Source of the DNA: a virus
Length of the DNA stretch: 64,000 nucleotides
IMG/VR virus record: IMGVR_UViG_3300018036_000004
Span: 38,477 to 102,476 of that record
Direction: 5' to 3' (one strand)
The number at the start of each line of letters is the position of its first letter. Within the stretch, counting starts at the first letter, position 1. Of this stretch, positions 18,116 through 27,588 are shown piece by piece. The notes beneath the pieces are model-generated. The model worked only from the letters and a program-made list of their open reading frames with translations. It was not told the origin of the DNA and did no database searches. The position numbers and the translations under genes were made by a program.

Positions 18116-18763
18116 TTACCACCCATAAAAGGACAATACATCTTCTAGGACTTCCTTATCACCCCAAAAGTTCTTCTTTAATTGTTTAATAGCCTCTGGG
18201 TCTTGGAATAGTTTGTCACCATAGTCTTTAAAGGACTTATCAATAGTCTTAAAGTGTTTTTCAATTAAAGATGTAAGTTGTTTAGTGTTGTTGAATATAG
18301 TTAAAGGGATGAAAAAGTTTATAGGTAAGTATACTTTTTTGCTAACAAAAGAGTCTTGTAATGATAACGGACCATCATCCATAATTTCAGCTTCGTATTG
18401 TTTATTTCGTTTTAGGTATTCTCTTGGGATTACACTATACACATTAAAGTACTTATTGTGTACAACATTACAATAGAGGACAAGTTCATCGTCCTCTATT
18501 GACACAGAAACCTCAAATACACAAGCTAGTTGTAAGTGTCTGGTGTTTACTACCGTAAACACATTACCTTCGTCTTGTTCCATAACACTAAAATTACCAG
18601 ACCAAGGTAAGTTTTCAAAGTCGTTTATACCATTAACGATGTCTATTAGTGGTTGTAGTTGGGGTAATAAGTCTAAGGAATCTGCTAACAATTCCGCTTG
18701 TTGTATTAAAGAAGGATCGTTTCTTAATACTAATTCTTGTAGTTTTTCAATTTCTGAGGACAT
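18116..18763 (-). CDS. leader-B family protein
   Basis: KLQELVLRNDPSLIQQAELLADSL; GGAGA RBS. Confidence 0.7.
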   Translation of the reverse strand: MSSEIEKLQELVLRNDPSLIQQAELLADSLDLLPQLQPLIDIVNGINDFENLPWSGNFSVMEQDEGNVFTVVNTRHLQLACVFEVSVSIEDDELVLYCNVVHNKYFNVYSVIPREYLKRNKQYEAEIMDDGPLSLQDSFVSKKVYLPINFFIPLTIFNNTKQLTSLIEKHFKTIDKSFKDYGDKLFQDPEAIKQLKKNFWGDKEVLEDVLSFYGW

Positions 18764-18785
18764 ATTTTCTCCAATAGTTAGTAAA

Positions 18786-18811
18786 TATTAAAGAACTATT
18801 AAAGAACTATT
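18786..18811. repeat. 11-bp tandem duplication (TATTAAAGAAC)
   Basis: Copies at 18786 and 18797 plus a partial third; resembles a class-2 promoter motif on the minus strand. Confidence 0.7.
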
Positions 18812-19037
18812 GTGAGTCTATATAGGCCTGTATATCTTCTATAGCTTGGTCCACTGTACTAGGTATTTCATCATAAGATAAGTAGGAATCCAAACTATCC
18901 GAAATATATTGTAAGGCTAGTTCTAAAGGTTGTTCTAACTTAATACAAGCTAAAACAGCACATGCTATGGCTTGGAAAAATTGTGGATTGTTCTTTTCTT
19001 GTTCAACCCACTTTTGAAACTCTTGTTCAATACTCAT
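18807..19037 (-). CDS. hypothetical protein
   Basis: ATGA overlap with the upstream gene. Confidence 0.55.
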   Translation of the reverse strand: MSIEQEFQKWVEQEKNNPQFFQAIACAVLACIKLEQPLELALQYISDSLDSYLSYDEIPSTVDQAIEDIQAYIDSQ

Positions 19038-19456
19038 AGTTCCCACCAGAACTCAATCCAAGACCCATCGTGTAAGTGTAACCAATCCACATTATGTAAA
19101 TTGTCCTTACCATAAACACATAAAGTATTCATTTTACCTTTAAACTGTTTTAAGTCGAACTGAATAGTTTGAATGGTATGTCCTGTATCGTAAATATCAT
19201 CTAACAATAAATAGGACTTACTAGATTGTAAGTCTGCATCATGAATAAAAGATACGGCTTTATCTTTATTGTCGTAAGTCTGGTACTTAACAATAGACAC
19301 AGGTAAGTCGTGTATGTTACTTAGATGCACACCCATAGGTAAACTACCTCTATAAACACACACAATATGGTCAATGTTATTTTCCTTAATGTACTCACCT
19401 ATTCTTTGTATGTCCGTCTGATACATATCTATAGAATATAAAGTTTTATTTATCAT
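19034..19456 (-). CDS. type I phosphoribosyltransferase (purine-salvage-like)
   Basis: VYRGSL and the PRPP-binding motif LLLDDIYDTGHT. Confidence 0.8.
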   Translation of the reverse strand: MINKTLYSIDMYQTDIQRIGEYIKENNIDHIVCVYRGSLPMGVHLSNIHDLPVSIVKYQTYDNKDKAVSFIHDADLQSSKSYLLLDDIYDTGHTIQTIQFDLKQFKGKMNTLCVYGKDNLHNVDWLHLHDGSWIEFWWEL

Positions 19457-19457
19457 G

Positions 19458-20417
19458 TCATTCTCCTAACTCTAAATAATGTAAAACCATTTCTCTAACT
19501 TCATTAGATACTTCTAAGTTATTAATACTGTCGTGTAAAGTGTCTTCTGTTTTAGTGTTCAGTTGTTCTTGTAATTTGTGTACAAAAGAATCCATCTCCA
19601 TCTGTCTCTCTACTTGGCGTCTACGACCTTCCATATCAAACACTTGCTCTGGAGCCTTAACTTTTAAAGGCTTTTGTGTACATACCACACCTTCTTTTGT
19701 ACATTCTATTAACACACAACAAGGTATACGATTAACTTCGTCTTCAGATAAAGAACCACGCGTTAATGAGCCTGTATTAATAATAGTCTTATTACCTACT
19801 TGTGTAATACCTTGGTTCTTATGCCAGTGTCCAAAACAAAACACATCAGGCTCTAAGTCTTCTAAGTCACTATACTTAATAATGTCTTCACCCTCAAACA
19901 TGGTACCGCCTTTCTCACTGGCTAGTATATGGGCTACACATATTAGTATATCTTCGTTCCCTTTCTTTATATGTTCAAACAAAGACTTGTCATAACTAGG
20001 ACCTGGATAAGGAACACCAACTACTCGTACTTTAAAGCCATCCTTTTCAAACACTACCTCATGTTCGTTATACAATCTTTTAAAGATACCTGTAGCATAC
20101 AACACACCTAAAGGTTGTTGTGGTAGGAACTTATAATCTCCATACACACTGTCATGATTACCAGGGCAACAGTAAACGGGTATCTTGTAATCAATATGGT
20201 GTTCACTTGTCTTAATAATAAGTTTATGAGAGTTTTTTGTAGGAGACTTAACATGAAAAAAGTCACCCCCATCTAAGATAGCCATTGCGTTATTTGTGTA
20301 GGCTATATCCCTAACTTGTCCTAGTTTTTCTAATACTGTATCATCCCAGTCATCTAAACGAGAACTAGGTTTATGATCAGACATATGAACATCCGTTCGC
20401 CATACTAAGTTAATCAT
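19458..20417 (-). CDS. SbcD/Mre11-like metallophosphoesterase nuclease
   Basis: DVH, GDFFH, GNHD and GHWH motifs; adjacent to the SbcC N-half. Confidence 0.85.
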   Translation of the reverse strand: MINLVWRTDVHMSDHKPSSRLDDWDDTVLEKLGQVRDIAYTNNAMAILDGGDFFHVKSPTKNSHKLIIKTSEHHIDYKIPVYCCPGNHDSVYGDYKFLPQQPLGVLYATGIFKRLYNEHEVVFEKDGFKVRVVGVPYPGPSYDKSLFEHIKKGNEDILICVAHILASEKGGTMFEGEDIIKYSDLEDLEPDVFCFGHWHKNQGITQVGNKTIINTGSLTRGSLSEDEVNRIPCCVLIECTKEGVVCTQKPLKVKAPEQVFDMEGRRRQVERQMEMDSFVHKLQEQLNTKTEDTLHDSINNLEVSNEVREMVLHYLELGE

Positions 20418-21582
20418 TGTGTACCTTTTTACATACAGGACATTCACCTAACTCACCAAGAGTATCCTGTATAAAACCTTGTACTTTATGATACTGTATC
20501 TCACACTCTTGTATAGAGTGTTGTTGTGTATTTATTTGTGTTTGTACACTCTTAAGTTGTTCACTTAACTTAAGTACTTTACTTAAAGTACTTTGTATTT
20601 TTAATAACTTTGTACTATCTGGTAACTCTGGTATGTCTTGTTGATAAGTGTCCACTAAGTCCACACATTGGACATATCTAGTGTTTAAGGCTTGTACCCT
20701 TTGTATCTTACTTACAAGTTGTGTAAAGTCTGTTGTGGGTACTTGTACCTCTTTTAAACCACTATACTTATTCAAAGTACTTTTACAATTGTTTTGTCTT
20801 GTAAGTAGTTGTCCTACTTTAGTTAAACCTAAATGTAATCTTTCGACTTTACTTTTATCTGGTATTGTTAAACCTTCTAAGTCTTTATACTGTTCTACAA
20901 CCTGTTTACAAGAGTTGTACTTATCTTGTAAATCCTGTACTTGTGTAATTGTAGTTTGTATCTTTTGTAGTTTAAGTTGTAACAGTTCCAAGCCTTCAAA
21001 CATACTTTCAAGAGTATCAAAGCCTTTATACACTTGTAAGGCTTCTTCTTGTTTAACTAAGTCTTGTTCTCTTACTTTTAACTCACTAGTTACAGATCGT
21101 TTATCCTTTTCCGCTAGCCTTAAAGCATTATTTAAACGACCTACCTTTTCAACATCAGATAAGGCTTCTCCTAATACAGCACCTGTTTCGTTTACAAGAA
21201 ATAAAGTTCCTTGGAACTGTTTTGCTATCTGTGGCCAGATTACAGTATTACCGGCTTGAATCGGTTTAACACCTAAATCATTTAGTTCTTCAGGAACACC
21301 TCGTCCTACAGTTTCTAACTTATAACCATTAATAGTATAAGCGTTTACTTTAGGTCCCTTTTCCCAAGTTACAGTTTGACCATCTTCAAACGATAAGTCT
21401 ACTGTTAACTGCTTCTGTCCATGACGAACTAAAGGGCCACTAGGAGAGTTTTCAAACACACCCCTAATAGCCCTCATTAACGCCGTCTTACCAGAGTTGT
21501 TGGGACCTGTAACTACTGTTAGACCATTAATGTCTAGTGTTACATCTTTAAGGCTTTGGAAATTCTGTACTCTAACTTTCAT
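20410..21582 (-). CDS. SbcC/Rad50-like ATPase, N-terminal half only
   Basis: NFQS, Walker A GPNNSGKT, coiled coil, ends at CPVC; no Walker B. Confidence 0.8.
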   Translation of the reverse strand: MKVRVQNFQSLKDVTLDINGLTVVTGPNNSGKTALMRAIRGVFENSPSGPLVRHGQKQLTVDLSFEDGQTVTWEKGPKVNAYTINGYKLETVGRGVPEELNDLGVKPIQAGNTVIWPQIAKQFQGTLFLVNETGAVLGEALSDVEKVGRLNNALRLAEKDKRSVTSELKVREQDLVKQEEALQVYKGFDTLESMFEGLELLQLKLQKIQTTITQVQDLQDKYNSCKQVVEQYKDLEGLTIPDKSKVERLHLGLTKVGQLLTRQNNCKSTLNKYSGLKEVQVPTTDFTQLVSKIQRVQALNTRYVQCVDLVDTYQQDIPELPDSTKLLKIQSTLSKVLKLSEQLKSVQTQINTQQHSIQECEIQYHKVQGFIQDTLGELGECPVCKKVHND

Positions 21583-21629
21583 AATATATAGTACAATATA
21601 AGTACTAAAAGTTAGAGGGTTATTCTAAT

Positions 21630-22169
21630 TTATCTTGTCCCAGGTATTAGTTTAAGGAACTTAGGGTCGTCCATTAGTTTCTTTAAAATAGGCTCTAACC
21701 TTGTTAAGTTTTTCTCAAAAGTAGTATCAATAAAGTCCAACATATCGTCGTAAGACATCTCTAATACATCTGTGGATACTACGGGTACTTTTCTGTTTAG
21801 GATTTGAGTTTGTACAAACTCAAAGGCCTTATTATTACCTCTCCAAGATCCAGCAGAAGAAGGATTGATTGTATACATAACACCATTACCTGTAAGTTTT
21901 ACACCTGTATGTAACTCTCCATCCCTAATGATAGCGGTTGGCTCTAAAGACACATATAAACCAAAGTTGGTAGACATCCATTCCATATAGGTAGATTCTA
22001 ACTCTGTATTTTTAATTTCTATTAACTGTGTAAGTCTGTAATTGTATACCGCGGAATTAAAAACATCCCTTTCCTGTTTTGTTAAAGGTAAAGAATCCGC
22101 TAACACAATTGCTTGTGTTACTAAGGAATCGTCTTCTTTTTCTACTAAATCCAATAACTTATGTAACAT
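21630..22169 (-). CDS. leader-B family protein
   Basis: KLLDLVEKEDDSLVTQAIVLADSLPL. Confidence 0.7.
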   Translation of the reverse strand: MLHKLLDLVEKEDDSLVTQAIVLADSLPLTKQERDVFNSAVYNYRLTQLIEIKNTELESTYMEWMSTNFGLYVSLEPTAIIRDGELHTGVKLTGNGVMYTINPSSAGSWRGNNKAFEFVQTQILNRKVPVVSTDVLEMSYDDMLDFIDTTFEKNLTRLEPILKKLMDDPKFLKLIPGTR

Positions 22170-22198
22170 TGTCTTATACTCCCTTTATTAAACTAAGA

Positions 22199-22795
22199 CT
22201 ATTTACACAAAGGTGTAGCCTTATTTAATCGTGTCAGTTTAGGGTCCATTGCTAAGAACTTGGTTTTAAGGTGAACCTTAGCAGATATGTCATTCCAATA
22301 GTGTTCCACTACATCTTCCACTTTATCCCAAGTATCGTCTACTGTGGTATCTATAGTTAGTTCCTTAAAGGCACCTTTAAGTTCTTTCTCTGCATACTTA
22401 AATGCCTTGTTACCGATAGAGCTTTGATAGTACCAGTTACCGTTCTTAGGGCAAAAGTAGATCATGTCGTCAAACCTTATACCCACACGAATAATGTTTG
22501 GGGCAATACTTACAGGCTCGATTTGGAAACTGAATGAGTAAGAGTCACTTTTACTCCCATCAGCAAAACCTAAACCTGGATTTTGTATACTGCGACCAAC
22601 ACTAACATAGTCATTAGAACCCCAACCATTAAAGAATATGTTGGGTAGCACTAAGGCAATCTCTGTTTCCAACGCATAAATCTCTTGGGCATTAAGACCT
22701 ACTAAGTACATAAGTTCTTTTACTTGTTCAATGTAAGCGAGGTTACCTGTTTCAACAAGTCTCATTAACTTTATTGCGTCTTCTGATAATCTCAT
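22199..22795 (-). CDS. leader-B family protein
   Basis: LSEDAIKLMRLVETGNLAYIEQ; paralogous to its neighbours. Confidence 0.7.
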   Translation of the reverse strand: MRLSEDAIKLMRLVETGNLAYIEQVKELMYLVGLNAQEIYALETEIALVLPNIFFNGWGSNDYVSVGRSIQNPGLGFADGSKSDSYSFSFQIEPVSIAPNIIRVGIRFDDMIYFCPKNGNWYYQSSIGNKAFKYAEKELKGAFKELTIDTTVDDTWDKVEDVVEHYWNDISAKVHLKTKFLAMDPKLTRLNKATPLCK

Positions 22796-22797
22796 TC

Positions 22798-23370
22798 TTA
22801 AAATCCTGCGTAGGATCTAAAAGCCGATTGATTAACCCATCTTTGGGCTTCCCCTGCTAAACGGTTAATACGATTACGAAAGTATCTTTCTGCATACTTA
22901 ACAAAGTCTTCGTATTCTGTATCCCACTTAACTTCAAACAAACCAGGTCCTAACTTTTTGTTAAGAACCTTAATAGCAAAATCATCGGCTCTTTTATTGA
23001 CATTAGTTTCATTGTTAGAACGAAAAGGTCCTACAGTAGATCCTCCCTCAAATACAGGCTGAACCTTAATTAAAGGCATGTTTGGATTAGGGTAGAAACC
23101 ACCAACATAAACAGGAAACATATATTCATACTCATCGTCGTCTGTTCGGATTACAAGAACATCTTGTAAGTCATACCGACCATAGTCGTCCCAAATCATT
23201 TCAGTGAAAGCTATCTTTTTCCAATCTACGATAAGTTCCTTAATGTACTGTTCTTCATCTCTAGGCAACTGTATGTCTTCTAATAAAAGAACAGCCTGAT
23301 TTACAAACGTTTCATTACCATTAGTAATTAAGTCTTTAAGTTTTTGAGCGTCTTCTGATAAGTTACGCAT
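22798..23370 (-). CDS. leader-B family protein
   Basis: LSEDAQKLKDLITNGNETFVNQAVLLLEDI. Confidence 0.7.
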   Translation of the reverse strand: MRNLSEDAQKLKDLITNGNETFVNQAVLLLEDIQLPRDEEQYIKELIVDWKKIAFTEMIWDDYGRYDLQDVLVIRTDDDEYEYMFPVYVGGFYPNPNMPLIKVQPVFEGGSTVGPFRSNNETNVNKRADDFAIKVLNKKLGPGLFEVKWDTEYEDFVKYAERYFRNRINRLAGEAQRWVNQSAFRSYAGF

Positions 23371-23928
23371 AGTTTCTCCATAATAAAAAAGGATGTGTTT
23401 TAAACAAAAAACACATCCTTATATACAATTTATTGCTACTTACATTGCAGGTGTATAGATTGTAGTGTAAACAGTCACAACACCTTTTCTAGTAGTTTCT
23501 TCAATGTTTTTTAAGTCCCATTCGGCACCATAAACTTTATCCAACCATTTTGAAACAGGTCCCCAAATTGAGTGTGCATGGTCCAGCAATACCTCGTCCC
23601 ACAAGTCATAATCTTCTTCTTCTAACATAATTAATTCTTGGTGTTGTTGGGGTGTCAGTTTCTTAGATAACTCAAGATCTAGTTGTCCCTTATATTCATC
23701 TTGCTCTACTTTAATACCTCGAAAATTCTTTTCTAAGGCTTTGATAAGTTCAGGCATATCAAACTTATCGAAGTTACCGGCTTGTTTAGTTGAAAGGGCT
23801 TCTACTTCTTGTTTAAGACTAGCTACTTGGTTAGCCAATCTTTTTAGGGTTTGTTTATTAGTCATAGTTTCTCCATAATAAAAAAGGATGTGTTTAAACA
23901 TAAACACATCCTTATATACAATTTATTG
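23368..23928 (-). repeat. 66-68 bp direct repeats (23368-23435, 23863-23928): promoter motif + hairpin + RBS + ATG
   Basis: Copies differ only in or at the edge of the hairpin loop. Confidence 0.9.
23440..23865 (-). CDS. leader-A-like protein
   Basis: MTNKQTLKRLANQVASLKQEVEALSTKQAG; GGAGA RBS before ATG 23865. Confidence 0.7.
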   Translation of the reverse strand: MTNKQTLKRLANQVASLKQEVEALSTKQAGNFDKFDMPELIKALEKNFRGIKVEQDEYKGQLDLELSKKLTPQQHQELIMLEEEDYDLWDEVLLDHAHSIWGPVSKWLDKVYGAEWDLKNIEETTRKGVVTVYTTIYTPAM

Positions 23929-23936
23929 AAAATGTT

Positions 23937-25145
23937 TTAGAGATCTAAATCGTCTAAATCACTTAAAACATTATCGATGTCATTACCTGCCGTATCTTCC
24001 TCTTCGTCTTCATCTGTAAAGTTATCTGCGGCCCCTGTACCCAATAATGGTAAGACAGTGTTACGCAAAGATAAGTAGTCGTCTTCAGATTGTATTAAGT
24101 GTGTTCTTAAACGCTCTGTACCTTGTAGTTTTAACGGACCACTTGGACAAGTTTCCCAAGTTAACCAAGAACCACCTTTCTTAATAATACCGTGAGCAAT
24201 GGCAATTTCCATCATAGTACGAACATTGTCAATACCTTCACCCCAACGAATATAAAAGATCTCTTGACGACCTTGGGATCGTGACATCTTACACTTAACG
24301 GCTTCCACTTTAATAATACCACCCACAACACGTTCATCTGTTTTATGAGTAAGTTTATTGTGTTCCTTAGCCTTTTCGTTTTGTACACGCCGTAATTCCA
24401 ATCTAACAGAAGAATAAAACTTCCAAGCATTTCCACCTTGTGGTTTACTTTGTTTACCCATACTGTTCATTGTAGCACGGATCTGTGAGATACCAATAAT
24501 AGCAGTTCCAGTCTTAGCGATAACTTTCTTTAAGTTAGGTAGTTCCTGTGACCATACAGATTGTAACTCACCAATCTTACCTTGCTCTGCTACATCCAAG
24601 GCGTCTCGTTCAGATAGTCTTCTTGGAATAGCGGCTCCCACAGAGTCAAACACAATAATGTCAACACCAGCAGCGGCGTATGCCATTGCATACTTAATAC
24701 CATCTTCTAAAGACTCTGGTTGTAATAACTCAAAACGATCAGGGTCTGTAATAGGAACACCAAGTGCCATTGCATAATCAGGAACAATGTCGTTTTCCCA
24801 ATCAATGTAAAGTGCGGAACCACCTTCAGCACAAACACGAGCACATGCTTCCAAACATAAAGTAGTTTTACCAGCCGACTCATGTCCCCATACTTGGGTA
24901 ACACGACCACGAGGAAAACCTGGACAAGGGGCTACACCAAACTTATTAGGTTCACCTCCAATAAGATAATCTACTACATCTGAACCACTACTAATGTGAG
25001 GTAAGGATTCTTTTAATGCGTCATCATCCAAGGCTACACGAATACTGGTAAAGTCCTTACCAGCTTTCTTTTTTAAGTATTCACGAGCGGCTGCAAGTGG
25101 GTTAGACCCACCACTTTGTATTTCACTTTTAGCTTTCTTAGCCAT
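23937..25145 (-). CDS. recA: RecA recombinase
   Basis: ISSGS, GHESAGKTT, VFDSV, ISQIR and GGNAWKFYSSVRL motifs. Confidence 0.92.
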   Translation of the reverse strand: MAKKAKSEIQSGGSNPLAAAREYLKKKAGKDFTSIRVALDDDALKESLPHISSGSDVVDYLIGGEPNKFGVAPCPGFPRGRVTQVWGHESAGKTTLCLEACARVCAEGGSALYIDWENDIVPDYAMALGVPITDPDRFELLQPESLEDGIKYAMAYAAAGVDIIVFDSVGAAIPRRLSERDALDVAEQGKIGELQSVWSQELPNLKKVIAKTGTAIIGISQIRATMNSMGKQSKPQGGNAWKFYSSVRLELRRVQNEKAKEHNKLTHKTDERVVGGIIKVEAVKCKMSRSQGRQEIFYIRWGEGIDNVRTMMEIAIAHGIIKKGGSWLTWETCPSGPLKLQGTERLRTHLIQSEDDYLSLRNTVLPLLGTGAADNFTDEDEEEDTAGNDIDNVLSDLDDLDL

Positions 25146-25174
25146 AGTTATTTCTCCACATAGAGTTGTTAGTT

Positions 25175-25819
25175 TTATTTTTGTGACCAAAGGAAGAACC
25201 GATCTTCTTCTCTATACATCATCCCAGTACGAACAGTTTTACCCGCTTTCTTACCACGAGAAAAAGTATGTTCCTTAGTAAAGTACTTCTTTTCAACTGA
25301 GTTTAATAGGCTTTCTGTAGTGTTTCCTAAATAAAAATTCCAGAATGAAGCCGACAATCTAGCAACATGATAAGCGTCGGCTTCATTGTGATTTATTCTA
25401 CCAAAACCACCGTCTACTTTAGCCGCTTCACACATATCCATTTTATCCATAGCCCAACCTTTAGGTCTATCTATTAGTAAACGAGCATATGCTTTAACTT
25501 GTAAAGGTGACCAGAATACAACATCACACTTAGTATCTTTCAAAGCCTCACAACAAAACAAGAAAAGACCATACATTCCTTCTGACCAAAGATTATTAAA
25601 GACTGGAAACTCAATACCAACATAGTCTGGTTCGTATTGTTCAATTAAGTCTTTAAGGTGTTGTCTTTGATGTTTATATCTTTCTATAAACTCCATCTTA
25701 GCCTGAGTCTTAATAAGACCCTTTGCTACACAACGACTTTTATCTCCAGAAGGTTTATCTGTATCTATAATAGCCCAACCAAAGTTAGTAAGAGAAGGGT
25801 CAAGTCCAAGTACTTTCAT
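25175..25819 (-). CDS. ruvC: RuvC-like Holliday junction resolvase
   Basis: MKVLGLDPSLTNFGWA, GIE, PLQVK, NEADA. Confidence 0.85.
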   Translation of the reverse strand: MKVLGLDPSLTNFGWAIIDTDKPSGDKSRCVAKGLIKTQAKMEFIERYKHQRQHLKDLIEQYEPDYVGIEFPVFNNLWSEGMYGLFLFCCEALKDTKCDVVFWSPLQVKAYARLLIDRPKGWAMDKMDMCEAAKVDGGFGRINHNEADAYHVARLSASFWNFYLGNTTESLLNSVEKKYFTKEHTFSRGKKAGKTVRTGMMYREEDRFFLWSQK

Positions 25820-25888
25820 GTTTACACCTACAAATAAAAATAGGGTGGATTTAACACCCACCCTATCAACCTATTAACTCAAACTACA

Positions 25889-26608
25889 TTACAGAATGTC
25901 AGACAACAAGTTATCCACATCAGATGAAGTATGAGATCCAGTTGGAGTATCCAAAGTTTCACCCAAGGCTTCACGAACTTGATCTGTAGTCATATCACGA
26001 GCCAAGTCTCTTTGAAGACCCTCTGCTACACGATTCACATCAGCCAAAATCTGACGACCAACTTCTTGTAATTTAGCATTTTCTGAGTTCAACAATTTCA
26101 TAAACAAGTTTTCCCCTTCTGGAGTAAAAGTAAGTTTTTGAAACTGTGCGTCAGAACAAGCCATACTCAAGTCATGTTTAGTAAGAGGGAATCTTTTGTG
26201 ATTTCTACCAATCTCTTTGTACTTATCTGCACTAAAGATCCAAGGAGAAACATTCCATCCCTTACCAGATTTAAACGCACTTACATCCAAGTCACCATCT
26301 TTGTCTGTTGGCCACACACAAATAATAGTCGCAATAGTTTGTTTAGGCTGTGAACCCAACAAGTCAATCATTGCAGCACGATTAGAATCTTTAATCAAAA
26401 CATATCCAACACCGTTTTTATAGATACGCTCACAACCAGTAAAACGTGGTGAACTGTCTTCTGTAGGCATACCATTATCATCAGTGTTTGTTAACCAAAC
26501 AAAAGATGCACGGTAAGTACGGTTTGACTCAGCTTTGAATCGTTCAGTTTTTTTGCCAATGCGGGAATCACCCTCGCCAATTGTAAAGTCTAAAAATCCA
26601 TCAGACAT
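25889..26608 (-). CDS. putative single-stranded DNA-binding protein
   Basis: Position in the recombination module; HDLSM...QFQK pattern; acidic DVDNLLSDIL tail. Confidence 0.55.
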   Translation of the reverse strand: MSDGFLDFTIGEGDSRIGKKTERFKAESNRTYRASFVWLTNTDDNGMPTEDSSPRFTGCERIYKNGVGYVLIKDSNRAAMIDLLGSQPKQTIATIICVWPTDKDGDLDVSAFKSGKGWNVSPWIFSADKYKEIGRNHKRFPLTKHDLSMACSDAQFQKLTFTPEGENLFMKLLNSENAKLQEVGRQILADVNRVAEGLQRDLARDMTTDQVREALGETLDTPTGSHTSSDVDNLLSDIL

Positions 26609-26744
26609 AATTTACTCCAAATAGTAGCGGGTTTAATGTTTGTGACTATATTGTCGGAAAAGTTTATTGTGCTACTGAATATATATACTTACAAGAAAAC
26701 TATTTGTATAGGGTAAAGTCGAAACTTTTTTACTTTTAAAATTA

Positions 26745-26779
26745 AAAAACCCACTGGTCTACTTACACCAGTGGGTTTT
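26745..26779. terminator. intrinsic terminator hairpin
   Basis: AAAACCCACTGGT / ACCAGTGGGTTTT. Confidence 0.75.
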
Positions 26780-26799
26780 AGGGACATTTAGGGGAAGCT

Positions 26800-27585
26800 T
26801 TAGTTTAGTAAACTGTCTAACAAGTCGTCTATATCTGTATTAGACTTTCTAATTTGGGGTTCATTACTTGTAGCCTCTACAATCGCTTTTACAGGCGTTT
26901 CTTCTTCTACAGTAGTGTCTACACTGACACTCTCTAACTCTTGTAGGAAATCGTCCATATCCTCTCCTAAGGACTCTTTTACAATGTTAGTATTAGTTGT
27001 CGTTCTTTGTCCTGAAAACATCTCATGTAACTGTTTTACAGTAGTGTGTCCTTCCTTCTTAGGCTCTTCCTTTTCTACTTGTCCAAACTTCTTATTACCC
27101 CAACGACCCCCTAAGGAGATTTCTTCCTGACACAATCTAATCTGGTCTTTAAGTCTAGACTGTGTGTCTTTAAGGTCAGACTTCTTAGACTTAACTACTA
27201 CAATAATAGCCTCTAAGTCGGACAAAGCACTTTCACATTTAGAAACTTCTTCTACTTCGGATCTTAACTTCATAGATGCAATAGCATCTCGATCAGCCAC
27301 ATTTCGACCAGCCCTAACTTCTGGGTCATTAGCCAAAAGATGTTTCTTACCTAAGTCCAAGTTTAACTGTGCGGCTCTGTTGGCCGACTTGTATTTCTGT
27401 ACCCACAAAGACACTTTTAAAAATAAAGCCTCACACTCACTTTGGTATTGTCTTACTTCTGCGATCTTTTGATTAAGTCTTTTAGGACCATAGATAAGTG
27501 GGTTTTCGTCTAGTTCAACTTCCATATCCATTAACTGGTTAAAGATGTTGGTTACAATGTTTTGGTCAATAGAAGGTAGTTCCAT
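26800..27585 (-). CDS. coiled-coil protein, possibly a UvsY-like recombination mediator
   Basis: Helical N-half; acidic DIDDLLDSLLN tail; lies between helicase and SSB. Confidence 0.4.
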   Translation of the reverse strand: MELPSIDQNIVTNIFNQLMDMEVELDENPLIYGPKRLNQKIAEVRQYQSECEALFLKVSLWVQKYKSANRAAQLNLDLGKKHLLANDPEVRAGRNVADRDAIASMKLRSEVEEVSKCESALSDLEAIIVVVKSKKSDLKDTQSRLKDQIRLCQEEISLGGRWGNKKFGQVEKEEPKKEGHTTVKQLHEMFSGQRTTTNTNIVKESLGEDMDDFLQELESVSVDTTVEEETPVKAIVEATSNEPQIRKSNTDIDDLLDSLLN

Positions 27586-27588
27586 TGT

